From contig CM119266.1 of NCBI GenBank assembly GCA_051294375.1, positions 1,059,554 through 1,123,553 of the forward strand: a stretch of DNA of 64,000 nucleotides. The letters run 5' to 3'. The notes beneath the pieces were generated by a model. It saw nothing but the letters and a program-made list of their open reading frames with translations, ran no database searches and was not told the origin of the DNA. Made by a program: the position numbers and the translations under genes. This stretch comes from Paraspadella gotoi. Taxonomy: Eukaryota > Animalia > Chaetognatha. Below are positions 13,501-26,800 of this stretch, in pieces (position 1 is the stretch's first letter; every line of letters starts with the position of its first letter).

Positions 13501-16269
13501 GGTTCAAATCCAAGGGCCGTGAAGCGCGCGGCCGCCGACCCTTCGATTCGCGAAATGATGACTACGATGAACAACATTTTGTTATCCCAATGCGAAAAAA
13601 CCACAGGAACAGTTAGACAAGTCTATTCTGGAGAACAGGTTGAAAAATAATTGATCGAGTTGCAACTGAACCCTTAAATTAAAATTAATTTTTCAAAGAT
13701 GATGGACCTGACAAAAGGGTCGCAAACGATCAAAACGGTATTCATCTCCTGCAATCCGAAAGATGACATAAAACTGACTCTGAGAAGAGGTGCTGTCTAT
13801 CGGCCCGGCGAAGGAGAAGAGATGTCTTCTCTTCTCCTTTGGCAAGCAGGAGTGGTGTCTAAGTGAGAAAATTAGGGGTATTTGATAAATGTAATGTTAA
13901 CCAAAAAAAAACAAACCTCATTTCAATCTCTTACCCTCAAATTTTACTCCTCCCCCTACCGCCCATCCATATTTCTCAAATGAAGAAGCAACTTCGGTGC
14001 AAGCGCAGCTATGGTCCTCTACAAACGACAGGCGGGATCGAAGAACGTGGATCAAGTCTCGACGGCTCTCTGCTATCACGTGATCACCTTCAATCCCCTG
14101 ACCATCGGCGACTTGCCCGTGGGGGATCAACCCTCGGCCGAGGGACTCGAACTCGCGTCCTTGGCCACGAGTCACGACAAGGCGAGAAGAGAAGATGCTG
14201 CGGCACTTCCGAACAATAAGTTGCCGGCCCACTCGAGGACGACGATGAAAAGGAACAAAAACTACAACGCAAAGTCCAAGAACGTATCGAAACAAAAAGG
14301 GATGCCCAAGCCGAGCGGTGAGCTCGAGAAAAATGTCTTGACTCAAGGAGCATAGGCGGGTTTCCCTTTGTTACTCTGTTTTATTAATTCTGCATACTTA
14401 CTCCATTCTCTCCGTAATTAAAAGTAAAAATATTAAAAACCCACGCCCTTCTTCCCAAGAGTTTGACGAGACCCGCCTTCTTCACCAACGCTTCACCTCC
14501 AAGCCCAACCGTAACGTCGGCGAGTCTCTCCGCGCCAACGGGATGAAAGTTTTGGACTTTGTCAAGTTCGAGTGCAACGAAGGATGCCTCGACGCCTGCG
14601 TCAGCCGGGCCGGCTCATCGACGTCGGTGGAGGCCGACATGCCCGATGAGATTCCGATGACAGAGATTGAGCAAAACGAGTTGGAGTCGACTTGGTACAT
14701 AAACCCCAATTAATGGGAGGAGTGTTATTTTTTTTTGTTAGAATGAATACAAAATAAATTGTTAATCTAAAAAGACAAATTGAAAACTCGCTAAGGAGAA
14801 AATGTTTAAACTTTAAAAACTCCTGTCAGTAGGTTTAGAGAAAAAGCGATTTAATATCAAATTTTAATTTCAGTAGGTACTAAATTTTATAATGTAATTT
14901 GTAATAGACGTCCCCCAAAGAAGTTCCCATGAAGCTGCATTTACGCTATCGACATCAGTAAACTGAGATGACTGACCCTTCCCAACGACTCCGACTAACC
15001 CCTGGCTGAGTTCGGGCGGTGGGCGGTGGAAGTCGGCGACGATGCGGTCGATGTCGGCGAGATGCTGCAAGTCCTCGATCATCTGTCGCAACTCGTTGTT
15101 TAGGGTCGAGTGGAGGTCGGCCTCCGTCGCTGCCTCCGTTTCGCCTAGAGTGTGCGCGAGAACAAAGCTGCATAAACAAACTAAAGAACCAAAGAATAAA
15201 TATTGAATGAAGTAGAGAAAATAGAGAAAATGAACCCCTTGTGGCGGTATATTAACACCGCTTCGCCTCGATACTCCTTCAACTGGGCATCACAGGCAAC
15301 CCGGCTGTTGCTGCACCCTATCACAATTTACGAACAAAAACAACTTATTTCACGAAACGGAAATATGATTGAAAATAAACAATGATAATTAGCGATTTGA
15401 AATTTGCCACCCTCAAAGCCCTCACCCTCAAAGCCCTCACCCTCCTCTCCGAACTCACCAACGCGCGCGGAAAGAAAGGCGGCTTTGGTGAGATCGACGA
15501 GCTGCACGTTTTCCAAGTTGTGGATCCATTTGAGTTTGAGGTAATCGGCCGAGGCGGTGACGCCACCGGAAGACGTAGAGGTTGGCGTCATCGGCGTCGG
15601 GGGCGTCGCCACGTCCTGGAATGGAAAGAAGAAATAGAAACGGAATTGGGGATGGGGAATTGGGGATGGGGAATTGGGGATGGATGGAAAATAAAGGAGA
15701 CGCGATGCGATTAGACAAAGAAGAATGTCAGGGGAGGGAAAAAGGTTAGATGTTTTCCGATGGTTTTCTAATAATTTTGTTTTTAATTGAAGGTAAAACT
15801 GTTAGATTTGAAGTAATAATATTTTAAGAGACCCATATGGAGTCCCCCGCTTGCTATAGAAATATTGATATTTATAAATTACGTGAGCTCCGCTTGATTA
15901 AAGATCGAAAGTGAAAATATTAAGCGCCAAGATTGCATACATAGGAGTAAGTTCAAACGCGTGAAATTATTCGAAAAATGTAATGAATGGAACGACTCTA
16001 GGCTATGGTGTAAACTAATGTTTTAAAATACTAGCGCCCCCACCGGTTAAACCCGTTTTAATTTTCGATAATGAATAATAGAAATTTAAATATAAAAATC
16101 TCTAAAAACAAATGAAATAATCTGAACCAACCAAAAACGAAAAGACGACAGAAGCCGATGGAGGAAAAACAAAAAACCGAAGTTCCTATAATCGTGAGCA
16201 GGGGAATGAATAAAAAGGATAAGAGTTATAGCGGAGGGAGAGTGAGGAAAGGGGATAAAAAAAGAAAAA

Positions 16270-16304
<35 letters not shown>

Positions 16305-19300
16305 AAAAATCTTAAAGCATAAGGATCGTCGCAATCGCATAAGAAAAATCTGGATTGACGACAAATTTTGATACTAAAAAAAAATCAAATTTGAGAAAAG
16401 AAAATAATTTATAAACAGAAAGAAAAAGAAGAAAAGAATAAATATAAAGAAAGAATAGAAAGGAAATAAAGAATAGAAAGGAAAAAAAAAAATTTTATAC
16501 TAAAAAATATCAAATTTAACAAAAGAAAATTAATTTATAAACAGAAAGATAAATTATAATTATAAAAGAGAGAGAGAGAGAGAGAGAGAAGCCAAATCGT
16601 TTTCGACGAATCAGCAGTGCAGCAGCAGAGGCAGCCAGAAAAAAAAAAGAAATCCAAAAGCGCAGCAGAAGCAGCAGGAGAAATAGAGAAAAAGAAAAAG
16701 CCCCTGCAGAGCCAGCTGCAGACTCGTTTTTTTTCTCGATGAATCAGCCTGGGGAAAAGAGAGAGAGAGAGCTTCATATAATTAGTCTCCAACTATTACT
16801 ACAAACGAGGGTAAAAAATTTTAGAGTTCAATCCTAATTCAATTTTTTTTTAATAAAAATCTGCAGAGAGAGAGGAGAGAGAGAGAGAGAGAAGAAAAAA
16901 AAGAAGCCAAATCGTTTTCGACGAATCAGCAGCGGGAGCAGCAGAGGTCAGCCAGAAAAAAAAAAAATCAAAAGCAGCAAGCGCAGGAGAATGAGAAAAG
17001 AAAGTAAAATTCCCTGCAGAGCACTAGCTGCAGACTTTTATTTTTCGATGAATTTTCCAGCCTGGGGAAAAGAGAGAGGAAGTAGAGCTACATATAATTA
17101 AAGAGAAAAGAGAGAAGGAGACATAAAAATAATATACGGAAATTTGTTTGTTTTGATAAAACATAAACAAAACATATTTAATAACTGTCCCTCACCCAAT
17201 TTCAAGGACCCTCGATGATGAGAATCTGTATATAAATTTCAGCTTCATACATGGTGGACAATTTTATACTGCGGCACGAGAAATGCTGTCATTGCAAACC
17301 AGTGGTTATTTCATTGATATTTAAAATTAGTTGAGGTAGATAATTACTAATAAACTATTTATGATTGTTAAAATTTTTAATAATTTGATTAGTTAAGATA
17401 TGCTTGACAATTGAGTGGAGAATATGTTGGCTTGTAATCGGGTATCATTTTCCAACTCACTGTTTTTCAATTCAAATTTTTTATTTTAACTCTTAACACT
17501 TTCATTTAAAACAAAGTAGTTATTACATCATTACTTAACGAATAGTTTATTATCCTCAGAAAGCCCATTAAACAATAGCGAAGAGAATGATATATTACGA
17601 AAGCTCTAACATAACAAGTGAACTGCCAACAGCCTATGGTTCAATTAAGAGTGTCAAACAGTGAATTATTAAAATTTTAAATCTTTTTTCAAAATATATG
17701 ACCGTGTTTAAATTATTACTAATATAAATATAGTTATTATTATATTATAAGTACATAAAAGTAGCTGAGACAAGAAAGGATTAAGATACGCTCAATCACA
17801 ATTTGATAAAATTATAAATTTTACACTCCAGCTATTTATTTTTAAAAGATGGTTGTGCGAGTATATTCACACCGCTCACGCCCACCATGTCCGTCAGCCA
17901 CATCCATTGGCTCAGAGGGGAACACCACCATCCACAGGCGTAGTGTTCCATCCACAGTCTGAACGACTTCTCTCGTTGGCAAGCACGAGACCCGTCCTAG
18001 GTAACGCGCCAGTCGACTGGAGGCGTCACTGAGGGTCGGAAGCCCAAAGCCTAACACGTGAGATCCCCATCCCAATGGGCATCACGGCACCCTGCTGTTG
18101 CCGCATATATCAGTCGTCGTGCGATGTTAGAGTATCCTAATCTAAATTAAACTGGGCACGTTAAATTTTATAACTACAGTATTTGTAAGTACCGTCATCA
18201 TTCTTTTTAGATTTGAAATGGGCTTTCAGAAGAATAATAAAATTAAGTATTATTTTATTTCAATTTCTTCAGAAAACTTACTGAAAAAAAAAAAAAAATT
18301 GAACTCTAAAAAAGTAAAGTTGGTAAATGAAACCTGATTTTATCAAGCCAACTTCTCCATTCATCGTCAATAATGTCAAGCTGCATACTCTTAACTGATC
18401 AATGATAAAATTTTAACAAATAGTTTTAGTATTATCTACTAACTAAATTTTAAATCAATGAAATAACTACTGGTTTACAAATGACAGCGTATAATCTACC
18501 GGCGCTTGTAAAATTGTCACATGTAGCACCAATTTAATCATCCAAAAAGGCGATCTATAATTGGAACGCCGCCGACCGACGACAAACAACTGCAAAGCCA
18601 CAGCAAAATCGTCGCAAACGCAAAGCGATTGTGATGATAAAATAAATTTTATATGTGAAAAAAGACAAATATTATAATATAATTTTTTTTTGAAAATGAT
18701 TGCTTAAATATTTAGTCAAACAACTAAAACAACTTTGCTAATAGTCGAAATTTTATATATCTCCGGAGTTGGTCCTAGTAAAATTATAGTTTTTCTGTAT
18801 TTTGACCAACTTTATGACTAATTTTGATATAAAAATTATATTTTCTTATATCAACTTTTTGCAAGGAATGCAAATCTAGGAATAAATTTTGAATTTTTTT
18901 TTAACTTTAACTTAATTTTTACTTATAATTATTAATAAATATAGCTAACTTTTTATAAAAACATAACATTTAGAAATAAACTTACCAAAATATTTTTAGA
19001 AGTCTTTATTTTTATATTTCAAAAGCTCATATAAATTTTATGAAATTTTAATAATTTATTTATCATAACTTATTGTACTATTTTATAACAATTTTATATA
19101 CATTAAAAATGTCATTTCCGACAAGAAGAATAAAATTATACAAAAATGGTCGTCACCATCGAATTCTACAGACTACACTAAAATAGCTATGTACCTTATT
19201 CGATTTGTTATATTTTGTTATTTTTAAATGACCTAATATACTTTCTTCACGTTTGATTTTGGAATCAGACCGAACTCATATCTCAAAGTACTCGGTGGAG

Positions 19301-22300
19301 CACTCCCGAGTTTTCGGAAGCGAGGAGCTTTTACCGTGAAGAAAAGAATTCTTGCTGTTCTTGCTGTATGCCCGAAATAAGAAAAGTAAAAGCGAAACCT
19401 GGAAGTACTTTAAGACGAGTACTGAGCGACAGCGAAGAAGAATCTATATATACAGGAAACTCCAATTCAATTTAATCTTTTTAACCTTCCTAAATTACAA
19501 TTTACATTTAAGTTTCATAAATATTTACCAAAAACTAAATTTTAAACAGATGCCCGTTGGTTGCACAGAGCCACAAATTTTCCATTAGAAATTTGTTATT
19601 ATGCCTTGATGAATTTTCCCGAAATGAAGAAGCTGAAAAATGGTTGAATTACGAATCGTTTATGCATGGATACCGTAAACCACATCTTTCATTACCTAGA
19701 GGATTGGTTAGGTTATTAAATTTAAATAAATTAAATTTCTAAACATAACAGTAGACGCAGAGTAGTGACTACTGTAAAACATTATACCCGCGGCCTATTT
19801 TTAGCCTCATTACCGAAAAAAATGTCTGTTCAATGGTGGAACTGAAATTTCACGGTTTCAAATCCAAGGGCCGTGAAGCGCGCGGCCGCCGACCCTTCGA
19901 TTCGCGAAATGATGACTACGATGAACAACATTTTGTTATCCCAATGCGAAAAAACCACAGGAACAGTTAGACAAGTCTATTCTGGAGAACAGGTTGAAAA
20001 ATAATTGATCGAGTTGCAACTGAACCCTTAAATTAAAATTAATTTTTCAAAGATGATGGACCTGACAAAAGGGTCGCAAACGATCAAAACGGTATTCATC
20101 TCCTGCAATCCGAAAGATGACATAAAACTGACTCTGAGAAGAGGTGCTGTCTATCGGCCCGGCGAAGGAGAAGAGATGTCTTCTCTTCTCCTTTGGCAAG
20201 CAGGAGTGGTGTCTAAGTGAGAAAATTAGGGGTATTTGATAAATGTAATGTTAACCAAAAAAAAACAAACCTCATTTCAATCTCTTACCCTCAAATTTTA
20301 CTCTCCCCCTACCGCCCATCCATATTTCTCAAATGAAGAAGCAACTTCGGTGCAAGCGCAGCTATGGTCCTCTACAAACGACAGGCGGGATCGAAGAACG
20401 TGGATCAAGTCTCGACGGCTCTCTGCTATCACGTGATCACCTTCAATCCCCTGACCATCGGCGACTTGCCCGTGGGGGATCAACCCTCGCCGAGGGACTC
20501 GAACTCGCGTCCTTGGCCACGAGTCACGACAAGGCGAGAAGAGAAGATGCTGCGGCACTTCCGAACAATAAGTTGCCGGCCCACTCGAGGACGACGATGA
20601 AAAGGAACAAAAACTACAACGCAAAGTCCAAGAACGTATCGAAACAAAAAGGGATGCCCAAGCCGAGCGGTGAGCTCGAGAAAAATGTCTTGACTCAAGG
20701 AGCATAGGCGGGTTTCCCTTTGTTACTCTTGTTTTATTAATTCGCATACTTACTCCATTCTCTCCGTAATTAAAAGTAAAAATATTAAAAACCCACGCCC
20801 TTCTTCCCAAGAGTTTGACGAGACCCGCCTTCTTCACCAACGCTTCACCTCCAAGCCCAACCGTAACGTCGGCGAGTCTCTCCGCGCCAACGGGATGAAA
20901 GTTTTGGACTTTGTCAAGTTCGAGTGCAACGAAGGATGCCTCGACGCCTGCGTCAGCCGGGCCGGCTCATCGACGTCGGTGGAGGCCGACATGCCGATGA
21001 GATTCCGATGACAGAGATTGAGCAAAACGAGTTGGAGTCGACTTGGTACATAAACCCCAATTAATGGAGGAGTGTTATTTTTTTTTGTTAGAATGAATAC
21101 AAAATAAATTGTTAATCTAAAAAGACAAATTGAAAACTCGCTAAGGAGAAAATGTTTAAACTTTAAAAACTCCTGTCAGTAGGTTTAGAGAAAAAGCGAT
21201 TTAATATCAAATTTAATTTCAGTAGGTACTAAATTTTATAATGTATTTGTAATAGACGTCCCCCAAAGAAGTTCCCATGAGCTGCATTTACGCTATCGAC
21301 ATCAGTAAAACTGAGATGACTGACCCTTCCAACGACTCCGACTAACCCCTGGCTGAGTTCGGGCGGTGGGCGGTGGAAGTCGGCGACGATGCGGTCGATG
21401 TCGGCGAGATGCTGCAAGTCCTCGATCATCTGTCGCAACTCGTTGTTTAGGGTCGAGTGGAGTTCGGCCTCCGTCGCTGCCTCCGTTTCGCCTAGAGTGT
21501 GCGCGAAACAAAGCTGCCATAAACAAACTAAAGAACCAAAGAATAAATATTGAATGAAGTAGAGAAAATAGAGAAAATGAACCCCTTGTGGCGGTATATT
21601 AACACGCTTCGCCTCGATAACTCTTCAACTGGGCATCACAGGCAACCCGGCTGTTGCTGCACCCTATCACAATTTACGAACAAAAACAACTTATTTCACG
21701 AAACGGAAATATGATTGAAAATAAACAATGATAATTAGCGATTTGAAATTTGCCACCCTCAAAGCCCTCACCCTCAAAGCCCTCACCCTCCTCTCCGAAC
21801 TCACCAACGCGCGCGGAAGAAAGGCGGCTTTGGTGAGATCGACGAGCTGCACGTTTTCCAAGTTGTGGATCCATTTGAGTTTGAGGTAATCGGCCGAGGC
21901 GGTGACGCCACCGGAAGACGTAGAGGTTGGCGTCATCGGCGTCGGGGGCGTCGCCACGTCCTGGAATGGAAAGAAGAAATAGAAACGGAATTGGGGATGG
22001 GGAATTGGGGATGGGGAATTGGGATGGATGGAAAATAAAGGAGACGCGATGCGATTAGACAAAGAAGAATGTCAGGGGAGGGAAAAAGGTTAGATGTTTT
22101 CCGATGGTTTTCTAATAATTTTGTTTTTAATTGAAGGTAAAACTGTTAGATTTGAAGTAATAATATTTTAAGAGACCCATATGGAGTCCCCCGCTTGCTA
22201 TAGAAATATTGATATTTATAAATTACGTGAGCTCCGCTTGATTAAAGATCGAAAGTGAAAAATATTAAGCGCCAAGATTGCATACATAGGAGTAAGTTCA

Positions 22301-23761
22301 AACGCGTGAAATTATTCGAAAAATGTAATGAATGGAACGACTCTAGGCTATGGTGTAAACTAATGTTTTAAAATACTAGCGCCCCCACCGGTTTAAACCC
22401 GTTTTAATTTTCGATAATGAATAATAGAAATTTAAATATAAAAATCTCTAAAAACAAATGAAATAATCTGAACCAACCAAAAACGAAAAGACGACAGAAG
22501 CCGATGGAGGAAAAACAAAAACCGAAGTTCCTATAATCGTGAGCAGGGGAATGAATAAAAAGGATAAGAGTTATAGCGGAGGGAGAGTGAGGAAAGGGGA
22601 TAAAAAAAAAAAAAAAAAAAGCAAAAAAAAAAAAAAAAAACAAAAATCTTAAAGCATAAGGATCGTCGCAATCGCATAAGAAAAATCTGGATTGACGACA
22701 AATTTTGATACTAAAAAAAAATCAAATTTGAGAAAAGAAAATAATTTATAACAGAAAGAAAAGAAGAAAAGAATAAATATAAAGAAAGAATAAGAAAGGA
22801 AATAAAGAATAGAAAGGAAAAAAAAAATTTTATACTAAAAAATATCAAATTAACAAAAGAAAATTAATTTATAAACAGAAAGATAAATTATAATTATAAA
22901 AGAGAGAGAGAGAGAGAGGAGAGAGGGAGAGAGAGAGAGAGAGAGAAGCCAAATCGTTTTCGGACGAATCAGCAGTGGCAGCAGCAGAGGCAGCCAGAAA
23001 AAAAAAAAGAAATCCAAAAGCAGCAGCAGAAGCAGCAGGAGAAATAGAGAAAAGAAAAAGCCCCTGCAGAGCCAGCTGCAGACTCGTTTTTTTTCTCGAT
23101 GAATCAGCCTGGGGAAAAGAGAGAGAGAGAGCTTCATATAAATTATATAATTATAATTATAATTNNNNNNNNNNNNNNNNNNNNNNNNNTACCCCATAGT
23201 TAAAATTAAAACCATAGTGGATCCCTAATATAATTAAAAGAGAAAAGAGAGAAGGAGATATAAAAATAATAGAGGAAATTTGTTTGTTTTGATAAAACGT
23301 AAACAAAATATATTTAATAACTGTCCTCACCCAATTTCAAGGACCTCGATGATGAGAAGCTGTATATAAATTTTCAGCTTCATAGACCCAAACTTAATCA
23401 TCAAAAAGGCGATCTATATATTGGAACGCCGCCGACAACGACAACGACGACTTATGCCACTTATGCGCAAAAGCGTTACAAGATCGTCGCAAACGCAAAG
23501 CGATTGCGACGATAAAAAGAAAAAAAGAGAAAAAGGTAAAATGGGGAGAAGAGATTATATTTATAACGTTCCGACCCTTAAATCCCGCCGCTTTTTTTCC
23601 ATCGAATAATGAATAAAAGTTCATTGATGAATCTTAACAAAAGTTTGAAATATTACTTATGGGTGAAGGTTACATATATACGCGATACGGCAGAAGCGTA
23701 GACAGGGGAGAAGTTTTAATGAAACTTTCTTGAATTCCGCGCTTAATAAGCCATGAGAAGC

Positions 23762-23806
<45 letters not shown>

Positions 23807-26800
23807 TGCGCGGCGCCGACGTCGTCGTTGTCTTTCCTCTCCGCCTCAACCGACATTAAGAGGTCGTTCATAAGCACCAAACGTCGCGGCTTCGTCTTCA
23901 CATGTTTCGTTAAACCTGAAGAAAACAAATAAATAAATTAATAAATTAAGAACCTAACTATAAATCTATTTAGACGATCGTACCTTTCTCCGTAACAACT
24001 TTTAATACGAACGTATCTTATCTCAAATTATTTAAAGTAAATTCCATCAAGAGATACGCGGATAGATAATAAGACAGACAGACGGACAAAGGGACAAGAA
24101 ACAAGCGATCATGCGAGAAACAAGGGAAAATGTTTTAACCCGATTGCGGTTGGACTTGGTAGTCGAGTTGCCTAACGTTGTCGACCCTGACGAGGCATCG
24201 GTCCGTCAACGGGAGAGATCGGGAGAGCTTAGAGGTGCCCGTTAACGAATCCGCGATGCACTTGACGGCCATCCGAAGATCCGACTCTCGCTTTCGCTCG
24301 TTTAGCAGTTGAGCGATTGTCTCCAACTGCGTCAGAGCCAGTTGCAGACTCAGTCTGTGGAAATCCGAAAGGTAAGTAAAGAGAGGAATAAATAGAGAAA
24401 GAAACAGAATCACCATCTTCGGCCGTTTTCCTGTCCCCCTCCCGACCCCTCCCGACCCGACCCGACCCGACCAACCTGTCGTGGTGATCGGGGGGAGTGT
24501 TCTTAAGGAGGTCCTGAAACTGGAGGATGTACTGGGGAAATCTCTGAACGGGTTTGACCATGAGGCCGAAAAGGGAGAGTTTGTCTGCGCTCTCCGACTG
24601 GCGAGTCTTGAGGTATTCCGCGAAATGTGGCTCCTTCCGCGCGCATCGCTTGACCGTCTCCATCGCGCGGGAGAAATTGTTTACGTAGGCCGAATACACG
24701 TCCAGCACCATTGCTATTGGAGAGCGGATAAAAAAAGGGATGTTTGAGTTCTCAAGTAAATCGCTTTTTCATAAGAGGACATGAATTAGCTAAATGGCTA
24801 AGCCAAATTATTACGGAAAATCAAATATTTCGCTTTTTTATGCATTTTTACAATATTTTTATTTCAAAGTTAAAAATATAACTTTTTAACGAAAGAAAAA
24901 TCAGTCGTGTAAAAGAGGTAAATGATTAAATTTCCCTTCCAACTTGATGTCTGAATTCAAACCTTTCGAAAACGAGCCCAAAAAGACGTCGCCGATCTTT
25001 TCGTCTTGATCCCAATTCTGGACGAAGGGTTTGAGTGCGATTTGGAACATCCCATGGCACTGGAGGATCTCACGAACTTTGAAGAATATTGCACCGCACT
25101 GTTTATTTGGGTTTGAGGAAAGGCAGTAGTAGTACATTCTAATATTTAAAGTAAATTTACTATGGCAGAACAACATATTAGAGAAATTATCTAGCTAGCT
25201 ACCCTCAGCTATCCTCACGTCGACCCTTTAATTGAAGTTCAACAATGTTTCGTCGAAACTAAAGATCGCTTCTCGTAAAAAAATATTTTTTCTATAACCA
25301 CAGGAAAGGCAATCTTTTTCGACGTTGCTCGATCATTTCGTTTGAATTTTATGTCTTTTTTGAGCCGAGAAGAATAAAGAAGGCGCGAACTTTGTTCCCT
25401 CGAAAACGTGACCGGGCGAGAGAACGAGAAAGAACGAAAATTATTAAAAAGAAAATTTTCCGAGCTCCTATTAATTTTATTTATAATGGCGTAACGATTT
25501 TTATATCCAGTGTCTCTCATTCTCTGTCTCTCATTCGCTCCCTCTCAATCTTACTCTTATAAAAAGAAAATTTTTCATTGTCATGATGAAATAAGGAACT
25601 TTACACTTATGCCATATTTTAGCAAACAGGACGAAAAAAGGGAGATTCCAATCAACTCTTGACACAATACACAACTTACAGGTAGATGATACGCCAATAA
25701 CAAATCATTCATTTTAGACATAAAAAAAAAGATTGTATCCAGTTTTCAAGTTTAGAAAACGAATTTATTTAAGCGTCTCATTGCTATTAACGTTAGAGAC
25801 AACCTAATTAAATTAATTGCTTAAACGTTATACGAATTTGTTTATAATTAGGCCATTTTCGCTTCCATCATGACTAAGAAAGAACTCGCTCGAATCCACA
25901 AGAGTAAAGAAAAGTGGCGACGAAGACAAAAAACGCTTCGAAAGAAACTCAACAAAATCAAATTAAATTTTCAATTTTAACTAAAAGTCATCAAAATTTG
26001 TACATAAACAAAATCATCCTCCTCGACTAACAAACTAACATTCGTTCGTAATATTATTTGCTTAGAAACCACCTTTAAAAAGCACACCTGAAAATGAAAT
26101 TGCTCAAAAACCATACTTATGCTGACAAAATAGTACGTAATCGCCCTGTGGTTCAAATACACCACTTTTTATTTTTGTATGTTTATTTTTCTTAATAAAT
26201 AGCAAACCTTTTTTTTGGAAATGATGGAGGATCCAGTGGAGAGAGGGCGTTCATAGTCGTCGATGATTCTTTTAATGGAATGAATATAGTTAATCTCCGA
26301 ATCGATCACAGATTTTACCACGCAGCGACGGACCCGCGTCACTTCCGGCAAATCTGAAATTTCATTTGTCAAAATTAAAAAGTCACAATGAAATGAAATT
26401 TTAGTCAGGGAAAGTTTAAAGGAGATTTTTAAAGATTGAGAAGATCACTTTACCACAACAAAATAAACAAATAATTTTACCTTCCGGCGTGTCGGAGAGG
26501 GAGGGTTCGGGCTCGTGTCGCGGCGTCATGTCCAGATCTACGAAGACCTCCTCCTCTTCCTCCAACACAGTCGACTCCGCCTCCAGAGATCGACGCCGCT
26601 TCGACTTGGCGCCGCCGGGACCCAATACCACCCCGGACGTCGGAGATCCGCTCGAGCTTTGCCCGCTTCCGGAACGCCGAAAGGGATTCTTTTTAAAGAT
26701 TGAATCGCGGCCGCTGACAGAGCGCTGGAAAGACTTGGGCAGCATCTCCGCCGTCGACTTCATGCGTTGGATTATGAAGGAGGTGCGCGGATTTGGCCTG

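Noticed and set aside
16086-16792. Phe/Leu-rich ORFs resembling membrane proteins (also at 22.4-23.2, 42.6-43.0 and 56.1-56.4 kb)
   Set aside because: They are translations of poly-A/AG-rich intronic and HINE repeat sequence.
19270-21064. Genuine recent EF-Ts-like paralogue
   Set aside because: The differences are long-read-type indels inside the likely artefactual duplicate, and exon 1 is missing.
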